A stretch of DNA of 40,326 nt from positions 1 to 40,326 of IMG/VR virus record IMGVR_UViG_3300037422_000319; one strand, written 5' to 3'. Position 1 is the stretch's first letter. The number at the start of each line of letters is the position of its first letter. The notes under the pieces are model-generated. The model had not been told where the DNA came from and did no database searches. It saw only the letters and a program-made list of their open reading frames with translations. Source of the DNA: a virus. Positions 14,700 to 24,920 of this stretch are shown one piece after another. Made by a program: the position numbers and the translations under genes.

Positions 14700-16300
14700 T
14701 GGCTTTTTCAACTACAACAAATATGGGTTTACTCCTTCCTGTAGTCAGTAATGACTTTGGGGCTTGGGGGGGACATTTAAATCTTTCTCTGCAATCGATA
14801 GATTCGCATGATCACACTTCTGGAAAAGGCATAAAAGTTCCCTCAGCTGGCCTTAACATTAATGCCGATTTAAATTTTAATAACTTTAGTATTGACAATA
14901 TTGGAGAACTGCGTCAAACAAACTTTCTGGTCGCAGTAACTGGCAATAATAAGGTATATACTAGAAATGGTAACCTTTACTATAATGATGGTCTCGGGAA
15001 TCAGATTCAAATTACGGCTGGGGGAATCGTAAACTCTTCTGGAGCAGGCAGTATTACTGGCTTAGGCGGCGATGATACAGTAATTTTCAATGATATAGAC
15101 AATATTATCTCTTTCAATGCTGACGGCGTTGCCAATTCGATGATCGGGCGCTTTGGAGAACTTCAAGTAACGGATCGCTATACATATGGAATTGGAACTA
15201 CCATAAATACAGATTTTATCTCCTCAAAATTCAGATTTAACAATGGCTCCCCAGGCAATGGTAACCTACTCTTTGAAAAATGGTTTGTCGATTCGTCTAG
15301 CAATATAGATTTTACTTTCGCCACAAGCACATTTAATTTTAATACGGGCGTAGCCAACGGGGCCAATTTAAAAGCTACCGATATTATATCACTTAATAGT
15401 TTTATTATAGGCACTGCCACTCCGGCTACACTATCTCGTTCAGCGGCCAATACTCTTTTAATTGATGATAAATTGCAATTAACGGATGTAACAGGACCTT
15501 TACTATCCCAAGCAAGCGGAACTAGACTTTTAATAGAAAATTCAGTTCAATTAGAGTCTTCTGTAGATGGTCCTATTTTATCACGAGCCAATGCAAATAG
15601 ATTATTAGTAGCCAATTCACTGCAGATAGAAAATAATTCAGATGGTCCTATTTTATCAAGAAGTTCAGCCAATCGTTTAAATATTGGTACTTCTTTACAG
15701 ATTAACTCTGGTCCAATTATATCAAATACGGGCGGCGTAACGCATATTAGCGGGGATCTATTAGTTAGTTCAGCGTCTGTTGGGGGCTCGCTTCAAGTTG
15801 GAACAGGCGGAGTTAATTTAACTGATCAGGGTTCAAATAGGTTGATGTGGAGAGGGGTTTTCGAACTAGGAAATGCGGGAGGAGCCACAGGTCCTAGATT
15901 ATTTAGAGCAACGGGGAATGTAATTGCTAGTGACAATAGTTCCGGGGTATTTCAAGGAAACGTTGTTCTTACTACAAATACTATTGGCGGAGCAAACGGT
16001 TATAGTTTAATTGGCGGAACAGGGGATCAAGCATCCTCTACTGTTTTAACTGGGGAAGGTTTTACTATTTCATTTAGCGGAACAGCGGGAATAGCTACAG
16101 TAAATTTTTCTACACCTTTTGTATCACCGCCAGCTGTTACATTTACTGCTACGAATGCGTTAACAGGCGCAGCAGATCCAGGAATTATTATAGGAATTTC
16201 ATCTATAACAAACAGTTCTGTAACTTTTGTTAGACGGACTGATGCTGGAACAAGAACATCAGGTCAATTTAGTTTTATTGCGTATGGTAGATATGCTTAA
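14699..16300 (+). CDS. Tail fibre / receptor-binding protein 2 with internal 22-25-aa repeats
   Basis: N-terminal SIDSHDHTSGKGIKVP motif (compare DDHSQY in fibre 1). Repeats of the form GP(I/L)LS(R/Q)xxxxRLLxxNSxQ(L/I)E. Gly/Ser/Thr/Asn-rich. Confidence 0.65.
   Translation: MAFSTTTNMGLLLPVVSNDFGAWGGHLNLSLQSIDSHDHTSGKGIKVPSAGLNINADLNFNNFSIDNIGELRQTNFLVAVTGNNKVYTRNGNLYYNDGLGNQIQITAGGIVNSSGAGSITGLGGDDTVIFNDIDNIISFNADGVANSMIGRFGELQVTDRYTYGIGTTINTDFISSKFRFNNGSPGNGNLLFEKWFVDSSSNIDFTFATSTFNFNTGVANGANLKATDIISLNSFIIGTATPATLSRSAANTLLIDDKLQLTDVTGPLLSQASGTRLLIENSVQLESSVDGPILSRANANRLLVANSLQIENNSDGPILSRSSANRLNIGTSLQINSGPIISNTGGVTHISGDLLVSSASVGGSLQVGTGGVNLTDQGSNRLMWRGVFELGNAGGATGPRLFRATGNVIASDNSSGVFQGNVVLTTNTIGGANGYSLIGGTGDQASSTVLTGEGFTISFSGTAGIATVNFSTPFVSPPAVTFTATNALTGAADPGIIIGISSITNSSVTFVRRTDAGTRTSGQFSFIAYGRYA
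15425..15769 (+). repeat. About five in-frame tandem repeat units inside fibre gene 2
   Basis: ATLSRSAANTLLIDDKLQLTDVT / GPLLSQASGTRLLIENSVQLESSVD / GPILSRANANRLLVANSLQIENNSD / GPILSRSSANRLNIGTSLQINS / GPIISNTGGVTHISGDLLVSS. Confidence 0.8.
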
Positions 16301-16451
16301 ATGGTATATAGATCATACTTAAGGCTTACACTCTAGTGCCAGGTTAGTTGAGTATAAGTCTACCGATATAGAAGTTGAACGGGGACCGCATAATAGGTCC
16401 TGGTCAAAAAGCGAGAACCTAGTAAACTTCTTAGCGGTTTAAAGGATTTGA

Positions 16452-19337
16452 ATGCGATTTGAGCCAGTACAATATACCTTCTCTAAAGGGCGGCATGCAA
16501 AAATTGATCCTTTTGGGTTACAACCGCCTTATTTTAAAGACATCGAAAATATGGTCACCCGTCGCCTAGGAGAATGGCGCGTTAGAACTGGTTATGAAAC
16601 AATCGATTCGCTGTCTTCTGGCCGAGCACTTTTTACCCTAGATACTGACCTTGTTGCGATTACCGATACTACCCTAGAGAGTTATACAACAACCGCAGAC
16701 AATTTTACTGAACAAGGGGCCTTTTATAATTTTTCAACGGCAAAACGAGCAATTTCAATTCGTTCTGCACAGCAATCTGACCCCGTAACTGCTGCGTATG
16801 ACGGCAAAATCCTTACAATGTGGGAAGATCTTACTGAATCCGGGGATCAAACCATTCGCTTTAAAATAATCGGAGCTGACGGAGAAACTGTTAAAGAGGA
16901 TACTATATTAGCAGGCTCTGTTGGAATAGATTATTCTGAACCTCGCTGCTTTGCCATGTCTAACCGATTTGCAATAACCTATAAGCGCGATTCTGATGAC
17001 CATACTTTTTTTACATCAATCCTATATTCAGATGACACATCTACTCCAGCATCAGGATTAGACATAGGCATTAAAAAGAATTTACAAGGCGAGTATACGG
17101 CCCTTACTAATCAAATCGCCATTACCTATATCGATGGAGCTAATAACCATCGAGGAGCTTTTCTTACTAATACAGGCTTTACGATGTCAGAAGTTACGGT
17201 TTCATTAGACGGTCCTAATATCGATCGTCTTTGGATTACCACTCGCGATATTGCATCAGTTCCTGAAAGCTTTATTTGCTACCATGAGACAGGAACTCCA
17301 GCGGTTAAATTTACCATTCGCAATTCGGCCATGGCTCAAGTTGTTGCCCCAACTGCGATTGAGGCAGCGGCTGATTTAGATCGTCCGATGGCCATTTACA
17401 ATGACACTGACTGGCGCGCCTATTGGGTCGATAAAGGAGGCGCATCTGAAAGTACCCTTTCTAAGATTAGGACTACGACCATCAGTACAACGGGAGCGGT
17501 CGGGCCCCTATCGGACTACTTGTTAAATAGGGTCATTACTAGCTCGCCGATCTTCATAGGCGACGAACTTTATTTACAAAGCTACCGATATGGCACGTTC
17601 CCTGGGTATGAACTTCTTACCGGAGAAGTTACACCAACCAAAATTAACGAAATGGAAACGGTAACCGTGCCGTCTTCTGCAAGTATCTTTAATAGACCGG
17701 CAGAAGATAATGGTACATTTTACTATGCCCAGCTTTCTACGTTATCAAGATTTAGAGATGCATCCTTCAACTTATTATCTAACGTAGTATCCTATGTTTT
17801 ATCTCAAGAATTAAAAGTTGTTGGGACAAAAGCCGTAAAAAGTTTATTTTTGACTGGACCCCAGGTTACCGTATATGATGGACAAGATGTATTTGAAGCC
17901 GGTTTTCCTATTCCTGATGCTATTGTTAGTGAAGTATCTGCAGGGTCTACTTTAACTGTACGATACGCTTATACATTTACATTTACAGACGCTAATGGTA
18001 TTGAGATTGAGTCATCGCCCTCCACAGATTTAGAAGTAACTACAAATGATCCTAGCGGTTCAAATGTTACAATAGAGGTACGAACTCTTAAGTTGACTAG
18101 AAAAGACCTAAATCGGGTTAAAATTAATCTTTACCGAACACTAAATTTGGGCACAACCTTTTTCTTAGTTAGTCAAAGTGTAAATGATCCTGCCGTAGAT
18201 ACGATTAGCATCGTAGATAACGTATCCGAAGTAACTTTAGCTACACGCCCTGTTTTATACACCGAAGGAGACGTTCTTGAAAACGATCCTATACCGGAGT
18301 CTACTTTTCTTAAGCAGCTTAATAATCGCATATTTTTTATACCTAGGGACAATACCTCTGCGGTAGGCTATACAAAGTTAAATCAATATCATGCATCTCC
18401 TGCAGGCTTTAGAGAAATCATTGATCAGAATGACGATGATGAGAATAAAGCGCTAGCTGAGTTAAATAGTAATTTAGTTATTTTTAAATCTGATACGATT
18501 CATATACTTACGGGCGCAGGTCCAGATAATAAAGGCCAAAACAATGACTTTTCCAGAAGAAAGGTTCCTACAGATGTCGGTTGCGTAGAGCCCCGCTCTA
18601 TCGCTCAATTACGAGAAATGGTCATATTCAAATCTCGTAGAGGTATATACTCAATAGACAGAGGCGAAAATGTTGTATATATCGGGGCTGAAGTAGAAGA
18701 TTACAATGACCGCGACATTACCTCAGCTGTGGTATACCCCGACTACCAGGAAGCCCGTTTTACGCTTTCTACAGGGGAAGTGCTGATCTACAACTACGAG
18801 ATGCAGGCTTGGAGTGTCTTTACCAAATATAGTGCAGCTGGGGCCGTTTTATGGCAATTTACGAATAAGTATTACCATATTAGATCAGACGGCGCAGTTC
18901 TTGGGGAATTAAAGTCTAACTCTATAACTGATTTTAATGACGAAGGCTCAGCAATTAAAATAAGACTTAGAACCCCCTGGCTTTGGTTCGAACACAAAAT
19001 GGTTAGAAAAAGGGCTAAACGCTGTGCAATATTAGGATCTTATAGCAATGGTTGTGAAATCCTTGTCGCTTTGCATACTGATTATGTTGACGGCATTAAG
19101 GATGTTGCAGTTGTTACCTTCGACGATTTAGTGGCTTATTCCGAGGGCAATTACGGAGAAGGCATTTATGGCGGCGGAACCAGCCTTGTAGAGTTACGAC
19201 GAAAGCTGAAATTACAGAAGGCGAAATCTTATAGTTTTGACATTAGCGCAGACCAACTAAATCAGGATTTTGTGTTTTCAGGCATGGAGTGGGAAGTCGG
19301 CATGAAGGTCGGCTTAAAGGATTCTAAAGCGGCATAG
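16452..19337 (+). CDS. Large tail structural protein (961 aa; nozzle / tubular-B-like by size and position)
   Basis: Largest ORF. Precedes three ejection-protein-like genes, as in T7-type gene order. No motif recognised. Confidence 0.5.
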   Translation: MRFEPVQYTFSKGRHAKIDPFGLQPPYFKDIENMVTRRLGEWRVRTGYETIDSLSSGRALFTLDTDLVAITDTTLESYTTTADNFTEQGAFYNFSTAKRAISIRSAQQSDPVTAAYDGKILTMWEDLTESGDQTIRFKIIGADGETVKEDTILAGSVGIDYSEPRCFAMSNRFAITYKRDSDDHTFFTSILYSDDTSTPASGLDIGIKKNLQGEYTALTNQIAITYIDGANNHRGAFLTNTGFTMSEVTVSLDGPNIDRLWITTRDIASVPESFICYHETGTPAVKFTIRNSAMAQVVAPTAIEAAADLDRPMAIYNDTDWRAYWVDKGGASESTLSKIRTTTISTTGAVGPLSDYLLNRVITSSPIFIGDELYLQSYRYGTFPGYELLTGEVTPTKINEMETVTVPSSASIFNRPAEDNGTFYYAQLSTLSRFRDASFNLLSNVVSYVLSQELKVVGTKAVKSLFLTGPQVTVYDGQDVFEAGFPIPDAIVSEVSAGSTLTVRYAYTFTFTDANGIEIESSPSTDLEVTTNDPSGSNVTIEVRTLKLTRKDLNRVKINLYRTLNLGTTFFLVSQSVNDPAVDTISIVDNVSEVTLATRPVLYTEGDVLENDPIPESTFLKQLNNRIFFIPRDNTSAVGYTKLNQYHASPAGFREIIDQNDDDENKALAELNSNLVIFKSDTIHILTGAGPDNKGQNNDFSRRKVPTDVGCVEPRSIAQLREMVIFKSRRGIYSIDRGENVVYIGAEVEDYNDRDITSAVVYPDYQEARFTLSTGEVLIYNYEMQAWSVFTKYSAAGAVLWQFTNKYYHIRSDGAVLGELKSNSITDFNDEGSAIKIRLRTPWLWFEHKMVRKRAKRCAILGSYSNGCEILVALHTDYVDGIKDVAVVTFDDLVAYSEGNYGEGIYGGGTSLVELRRKLKLQKAKSYSFDISADQLNQDFVFSGMEWEVGMKVGLKDSKAA

Positions 19338-19368
19338 CTGCGCTGGGCTTTATTAGAGGTTATTAGAA

Positions 19369-19611
19369 ATGGCACTGCCTAGACCAAATTATCGCGATAT
19401 GGGTAAGAGCACGGGAAACCAGTTAAGTTCTACCCTAGACGAGAATTTTAAGCGCGTTGAAAAAGACATCTCTAGGCTGCAAGATCGCAATTTAGAAGCC
19501 TCCAATTCAGCGCCAGGTACAGTTTTAGGATCGGTTGTAAGAAAAATAGAAGTATTTGATAAAGACGGGAATTCATTGGGATTTCTCGCATTATATGATG
19601 AGATAACCTAG
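19369..19611 (+). CDS. Hypothetical protein (80 aa)
   Basis: Track ORF in the structural operon. Confidence 0.5.
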   Translation: MALPRPNYRDMGKSTGNQLSSTLDENFKRVEKDISRLQDRNLEASNSAPGTVLGSVVRKIEVFDKDGNSLGFLALYDEIT

Positions 19612-19621
19612 CTTCGCTAGG
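19607..19621 (+). other. Short hairpin CCTAGC-ttc-GCTAGG overlapping the stop codon of the 80-aa gene
   Basis: 6-bp stem read directly. No U-tract, so not a confident terminator. Confidence 0.4.
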
Positions 19622-19629
19622 GGTTAAAC

Positions 19630-19674
19630 TTGACTTATACCACGTTTGTGGTATAGTGCCAACTGGAGTTGGCA
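19630..19674 (+). promoter_or_regulatory. Internal late promoter (TTGACT-N16-TATAGT) carrying two palindromes: ATACCAC-gttt-GTGGTAT in the spacer and GCCAACTGGAGTTGGCA at +1
   Basis: TTGACT at 19630-19635, palindrome A at 19637-19654, TATAGT at 19652-19657. Palindrome B at 19658-19674 is identical to 4565-4581. Confidence 0.65.
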
Positions 19675-19693
19675 GTTGTAGAAGGTTAAAATT

Positions 19694-20959
19694 ATGGCAG
19701 ATTTTGGATCAGCGCTATCGGGAGCAGTTTCAGGAGCTTCTGCAGGTTCAGCGGCGGGACCTTGGGGAACTGCAATTGGGGGAGTAGGAGGCCTTTTAGC
19801 AGGTTTACTCGGAGGAGGAGGACCTAGACCAGGCGAATTAGCAGCTAAAGCTGGCGGCTCTAACTCACAAATTCTAGGAGAAGCCTTTAGAAGCCCTCAG
19901 AGTGCAGAGCAACAGCAGCAAGTGATCGCTCAGCGAGTTTTGGCTGCGTACCCTAAATTGGGTACTCTTGAAAATGCTCTTAAATGGTATGCAGTTAGAA
20001 AAAAACTTGCTAATGAAGGCGGTAAAATAAGCAAGAAAGATTTAGAAGTTATCGCAGTTGTAGACTCTGCTCTATCCGAGCAAGGCATAAATATTGATAT
20101 GAGTAACCCCGATCAGCTTAAAAGTATATTCGGGGAACAAGGCGCGGCCTTTTTATCAACGCCAGTTCAAGATCTTATTACCATGAATCAGCAAGCAGTT
20201 CAAACTGCTAGGGAAATCGCTGCCCAGGCACCACAAATTTTACAAGAATTCAAAGCTGAAGCGGGTATAGAGCTGACTCCAGAACAGCAATTAGCTAAGG
20301 AGCAGAGGAGAAATCTATTGGTTTCCTCGATACTAGAACCGGCGAGATCAGAACTTGCATCCGCAGGCGCGACTGCAGAACGATCAGCTGCAGCTCGTGG
20401 ATTGACCTCCAGCCCGCTTTTAGAGCGCGATATTCTCAGAGAACGCGGTAAAATTGGAGCTGAAGCAGGCCGAACGGCTGCTCTTAGTATGGAAGATGCT
20501 AGACAAAAGGCACTTGCGCAATTGCCTGATGTCATCTCTAAGTCTATTGCCGCAGGCCTAACCCCAGAACAATATGTAAATCAAGTTGAAGGAGCAAGAG
20601 TACAGGCAGGAATGGGACAAGCTCAATTAGCTCAAGCGGGATTCCAGGGAGCTTCACAATTAGCTTTAGGTGAACGAGAATTGGCTATGAAGCCAGAATT
20701 AGCCAGAATTGGACAAGAATCTCAGTATGCTAAATTAGCTCAGCAAAAAAAGGGAGCAGAGGCGGAAGCCTTGGCAGGTTTGGGAGCTTCTGTTGAAACG
20801 GCTTTGAGTGGCGGTAAAAAAGATACAAAAGGAATGGCGACCGATGCTGAGGCTAATAAGTTTTTTGATTCAGCTGCAGAAGAGTATGATATTGACCAAG
20901 CCTCTAAAAATATAACCGCTGGCGTTATTAGACAGCCTAGAAATACGAAGGTACGATAA
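19694..20959 (+). CDS. Internal virion / ejection-like protein A (421 aa)
   Basis: Gly-rich hydrophobic N-terminus (GSALSGAVSGASAGSAAGPWGTAIGGVGGLLAGLLGGGG), then an Ala/Gln/Glu-rich helical body. Position after the tail protein. Confidence 0.5.
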   Translation: MADFGSALSGAVSGASAGSAAGPWGTAIGGVGGLLAGLLGGGGPRPGELAAKAGGSNSQILGEAFRSPQSAEQQQQVIAQRVLAAYPKLGTLENALKWYAVRKKLANEGGKISKKDLEVIAVVDSALSEQGINIDMSNPDQLKSIFGEQGAAFLSTPVQDLITMNQQAVQTAREIAAQAPQILQEFKAEAGIELTPEQQLAKEQRRNLLVSSILEPARSELASAGATAERSAAARGLTSSPLLERDILRERGKIGAEAGRTAALSMEDARQKALAQLPDVISKSIAAGLTPEQYVNQVEGARVQAGMGQAQLAQAGFQGASQLALGERELAMKPELARIGQESQYAKLAQQKKGAEAEALAGLGASVETALSGGKKDTKGMATDAEANKFFDSAAEEYDIDQASKNITAGVIRQPRNTKVR

Positions 20960-22731
20960 TGGCACCGCAAAATCCCCTTCTCCAATCGATGCTTAATCGC
21001 CAACTAGGTAATTTAGCAAATCCTGATCAACAACCCCCGATGTCTAACGATCCAGAAGAAGCTGAAGCATTACAGTTAGAATCGATGTACCCTCAAACTA
21101 GAACCCCAGGCCCAGTAAGGCCGGGGCAACAGCAAGGATTTATTGACCCTAAAACAGGACAAGAACGGCCCCCGTGGGCAGGTACCCCCTTTGCCCCTCC
21201 CCCTGGTCAATCAATGCCTCAAGAGGACGTTCAGCGCTTTAATCAGTTATACTCGACCGCAGAACAGATTGGGCAGCCGATACAATCCGCCCCTCAGGAA
21301 AAAGCCCCAGATCTAGCCCGTAAAGCTGCAGAAGGCCTAATGGCAGATGAAATGGAAGTTCAGAAGGCTAAATTGGCTGCAGAGCAAAAACTTGAAAAAG
21401 GAACAGTCAATACCGACCCTATGGACTTATCGCAGTACTATAGGAGTTCAGCTCAGGCGCTGTCTAAAATAACCGATACCCCAAGAGCCAGCGCAGCGAT
21501 GAAAGAGTTATCAAAATTAGTAAGTCAAAAAGCTGAGCTGTCGGAGCAGTATTTAGCAAAAATTAACCCTGCCGAATTTGGTCGTCCAGACTATTCCGCA
21601 GACCTTAATAAAAAGGGACTAGAAGATTTTATTAAAGAAAATAGAACGCTAAGAGAAAAGCAGAAAGTTGAATTGGACAATATAACGGATCAGATTAAAG
21701 AAAAAAAGCTAGACCCAGCCAACTTTTGGGCTAATAAGGGGGCTTTTAATCAACTTTTGGCGGGCATCTCTATCGCTTTAGGCGGATATGGCAGGGCCTT
21801 GTCTGGGGGTTCTAGCAATATTGCAATGCAAATTATAGACAAGGCCGCTGACCGGGACTGGGAAGCTCAAAAGAGTGAATTAGATAAGCTTTACAAGCTG
21901 CATGGCCTAACCTCCGAATCCATTAAACAGTTAAACGACCAAGAAGCCCATGATTTATCGGTTCTAAACTCCTCTGAACTTTTAGGTCTTGAGCATAGGC
22001 AGGCTAAATTCGCAGCTCTAGAAGGTCAACTAAAACTGGTAACAGAGCAGATTAAAAATGAAGAACAAAAAGCTGGCTATGACAATCTAATAGCGGACAT
22101 TCAGAATAAGCGAGCCGACATTGCCAATAAGATAAATACGATGGAAGATAGGCAAGTAGGCCGCATGCTAGAGCTTGGTAAGGAACTGGCTAAACAACAG
22201 GCAGCCGGTAAAGGAAAAGCCCCCACAACAGGCATGGCGCAGCATGTATCTGATGCTAGGTCTACTCTTTCTGCACTTGAGGATCTTCGTAAGATCCCTA
22301 AAGAAAAATTAAATCAATTGCTTCAGTTTTCAATAGCAGAAAAGATTGATCTTTTCGGGGATGTCAGATCTTATTTTGATTCTGCAGAGAAGGCAGGCCT
22401 TAGAGCAGAATTGCAGACTTTGGCTAATGTTTATAGACATGCCATAACCGGATCTCAGGCTGGTTGGAAAGAAATTGAATTCTTGAAAAACAGTCTTCCA
22501 AATCTTGGCGATAGAAATTCGGAAGTATTTTTGTCCAAATTAGACGCGGCCCATAAAAGATTCAGAACAGATCATAATCTTTATTTAGACACTCTTGCTA
22601 AGACAGGATACAACGTAAGTCAATTGTCTCCTGCAGAAGCCCCTCTAGATACAAATGATCCAAGAGTTCAGAAAGCCTTAGAAGCTGGCTACAGCGAACA
22701 AGAAATAAGGGAGTTCATGCGTGGCAAATAG
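20959..22731 (+). CDS. Internal virion / ejection-like protein B (590 aa)
   Basis: Pro/Gln-rich N-terminus and a long coiled-coil body. TAATG coupling to the previous gene. Confidence 0.5.
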   Translation: MAPQNPLLQSMLNRQLGNLANPDQQPPMSNDPEEAEALQLESMYPQTRTPGPVRPGQQQGFIDPKTGQERPPWAGTPFAPPPGQSMPQEDVQRFNQLYSTAEQIGQPIQSAPQEKAPDLARKAAEGLMADEMEVQKAKLAAEQKLEKGTVNTDPMDLSQYYRSSAQALSKITDTPRASAAMKELSKLVSQKAELSEQYLAKINPAEFGRPDYSADLNKKGLEDFIKENRTLREKQKVELDNITDQIKEKKLDPANFWANKGAFNQLLAGISIALGGYGRALSGGSSNIAMQIIDKAADRDWEAQKSELDKLYKLHGLTSESIKQLNDQEAHDLSVLNSSELLGLEHRQAKFAALEGQLKLVTEQIKNEEQKAGYDNLIADIQNKRADIANKINTMEDRQVGRMLELGKELAKQQAAGKGKAPTTGMAQHVSDARSTLSALEDLRKIPKEKLNQLLQFSIAEKIDLFGDVRSYFDSAEKAGLRAELQTLANVYRHAITGSQAGWKEIEFLKNSLPNLGDRNSEVFLSKLDAAHKRFRTDHNLYLDTLAKTGYNVSQLSPAEAPLDTNDPRVQKALEAGYSEQEIREFMRGK

Positions 22732-24709
22732 ACCTTCCCTAGAATCAATTTTTGGTGGAACTGAGAACGGTTTGGTACGGCCACAGGAACGGCCTTCTCT
22801 TGAAGAACTCTTCTCTGATCCCGCAGAGGAAACTCGCGACGATGAAGGCGGAGCAGTAGAACGTTTGGCATCCGGTTTGGGTGTTGAGCCTTCCCAGGAA
22901 GCCACGTATAGGGCCCCAAATCAAGAAAATCCACTTGCGTCCTTTGCAGCCGGAACTACTACCGGCGCGGTAGGGGATATTGCGGCTGAAGCCCTAAATC
23001 CCCAAGCTTATGAAGCTCGAACCCCCGTCGGGGGGGCTTTAAGCCAAAGAGTTTTTGATAATAAATTATACTATACCGGCTATCTAGCTGGACAAGCAGC
23101 ACAATTTTATGCCCTGCGTGGCGCTCTGAAATGGTTTGATGTGGGGGCTCCTCTTGCGACTGAGGTAGTGAAGAACGGCCTGATAATCGGCGCTTCTAGC
23201 TTTGCAAATAATGCCGATGTGCCTGATGCGTGGCAAAATGCAGCTTTAGGGTCGCTGTTATCCTTCGGCGGTGAGATGGCCGTAAAGCATTTTTCTAAGG
23301 CCCCAAAGTCCGGCTTAACGAGTAATGCCGTAACCGAAGCTGCAGCGGTAGAGGCTGAGCAATTTCCCAAAACTCTTGGTCAATACTTAGATGGCTTAGA
23401 AGTTGGAAAAGTTACTAAGACGGGCCCTGCGATGAACATTGCGTCGCTGGCCATTGACAACGTACTTGGACGAATTCCTTTCATAAGTGAACTGACAGGA
23501 AAACCATCGCTGCGAGAAAACATGAAGCGACTCATGAGCATCGTTCGAGGGGAATCTTCCGATGCCGAGGTTGACTATCTTACTAAAAGTGCAGGAGAAC
23601 TCTTTGAAGGAGCCTCCGATTCGATGAGTAAGAGAGCCCTTGATTTTAAGAAATCCCCTGAAGCCTATCGTGCTAGAGGGCTTATGGAGGGGGCTTCTCA
23701 AGATGCTCGAAAGGCAATGCTTAAGGCTAAGGATAAGATAATTAAACAGAAGCGGGCTCTTACAGAAACTGGGGGAGAACTTACACGTCCAGGAGAGTTT
23801 ATCTCTGATTTGAAGTTAGATAAAAAAACAGCTAACCTAGAAAAAATGAGAATTAAGCTGTTGGCTGAACAGACTGAGGGTGAAATCGATAAAATGGTTA
23901 ATCGCGCCTTTCAGATTGAAAAGAATTTCATGCCTAAGGCCCAGGAATTGCTAAAGGGCTACCAGGCATTTAGCGAAGTATCGGGCAAGCAAATTGATAT
24001 GGCCTACCCCCTTAGAGTGTTGGATACCTGGGTGACTAGTAGGATGGATGACGTTGCCCGTAACCTTCCAGAAATAAAGATTGACCCAGAATTGACCGGA
24101 ATTCAGGCTGCTAAAGAAGTAGCCTCTAAACAGAAAGAGATTTTAAAGGCCTATGGCAAAGTCATGGGTGAGTTCGAAAGGCTTCCTCTTGTACAGGAGA
24201 TCATGTCAATTGGCCAGAGAGATTTGTCCGATGAGAAGATCATGCTTAATCTTTTGAGAGGGGCCGAGGCCTTATCAAAAGAGAGTGGATTCCAAAAAAC
24301 TCATGCCGAGTCGCTGGTAAGTCTATTAACGGCCTACCGCCGTTCTGCCGGGGATCGCAAAGCAATGGCGGCTGCGGCTAAGGCTGAGTTAGGCGCTATT
24401 GATGCCATTAAAGCTAAAAATCCAGAAAAAGCCATAGACATTGTGGAAAAGTTCTTTAAGATTAGAGAAAACATGAATGGCTTCCTAAAATCCGAGGCGG
24501 CTAAGGCAATAAAAGGCCCTTCAGAAAAGCCCCTGCCTGGCTCTGAGCCTCTTAAAACGGATGCTGTTACCTCGGCCTACCAAGCAGCGGACTTTAATCG
24601 CTCGCGCAGGGAAGGCCAGACTAATGCTGCAGGAGCGGGCAGAGCAGCTAAAAGTTCTAGTTTCAGAACGCCCAGCGATCAATTCAGAGATCAAAAGGGT
24701 CGATATTAA
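22721..24709 (+). CDS. Internal virion / ejection-like protein C (662 aa)
   Basis: GTG start with GGGAG 7 nt upstream. Large helical protein, third of the series. Confidence 0.5.
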   Translation: MANRPSLESIFGGTENGLVRPQERPSLEELFSDPAEETRDDEGGAVERLASGLGVEPSQEATYRAPNQENPLASFAAGTTTGAVGDIAAEALNPQAYEARTPVGGALSQRVFDNKLYYTGYLAGQAAQFYALRGALKWFDVGAPLATEVVKNGLIIGASSFANNADVPDAWQNAALGSLLSFGGEMAVKHFSKAPKSGLTSNAVTEAAAVEAEQFPKTLGQYLDGLEVGKVTKTGPAMNIASLAIDNVLGRIPFISELTGKPSLRENMKRLMSIVRGESSDAEVDYLTKSAGELFEGASDSMSKRALDFKKSPEAYRARGLMEGASQDARKAMLKAKDKIIKQKRALTETGGELTRPGEFISDLKLDKKTANLEKMRIKLLAEQTEGEIDKMVNRAFQIEKNFMPKAQELLKGYQAFSEVSGKQIDMAYPLRVLDTWVTSRMDDVARNLPEIKIDPELTGIQAAKEVASKQKEILKAYGKVMGEFERLPLVQEIMSIGQRDLSDEKIMLNLLRGAEALSKESGFQKTHAESLVSLLTAYRRSAGDRKAMAAAAKAELGAIDAIKAKNPEKAIDIVEKFFKIRENMNGFLKSEAAKAIKGPSEKPLPGSEPLKTDAVTSAYQAADFNRSRREGQTNAAGAGRAAKSSSFRTPSDQFRDQKGRY

Positions 24710-24731
24710 GCTAGCCCCTCGAGGGAACGAG

Positions 24732-24920
24732 ATGAAAGAGTATAAGGAAATGTCTAAGATTTGGCAGGACGAGGAAGACGAGGAAATGCTTAAAAACATT
24801 AAGTCCCCTACCCCAGTCCACTTTAAAGGCAAAACCTATTATCTCCTGCCTGAATCAGTCTGTATTCGCAGTATTAGAGGCTCCTCTGATTCGGAATTTT
24901 CGATCGTGGTTTTTAATTAA
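24732..24920 (+). CDS. Hypothetical protein (62 aa from MKEYKEMSK)
   Basis: Track ORF 24561..24920 trimmed. ATG 24732 follows the upstream stop (24709) and a GAGGGAA SD. Confidence 0.5.
   Translation: MKEYKEMSKIWQDEEDEEMLKNIKSPTPVHFKGKTYYLLPESVCIRSIRGSSDSEFSIVVFN

Noticed and set aside
16301-16451. Promoter or terminator in the 151-nt gap before the 961-aa gene
   Set aside because: Only weak candidates were found (TTAGTT-N17-TATAGA, and a 5-bp GGACC/GGTCC hairpin), which is not distinguishable from chance.
20200-21003. Minus-strand ORFs 20200..20535 and 20740..21003, and likewise 22678..22934, 23107..23701 and 24521..24832
   Set aside because: They are antisense to the large Ala/Gln/Glu-rich ejection-like genes. 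They are open only because of the codon bias of the sense strand.
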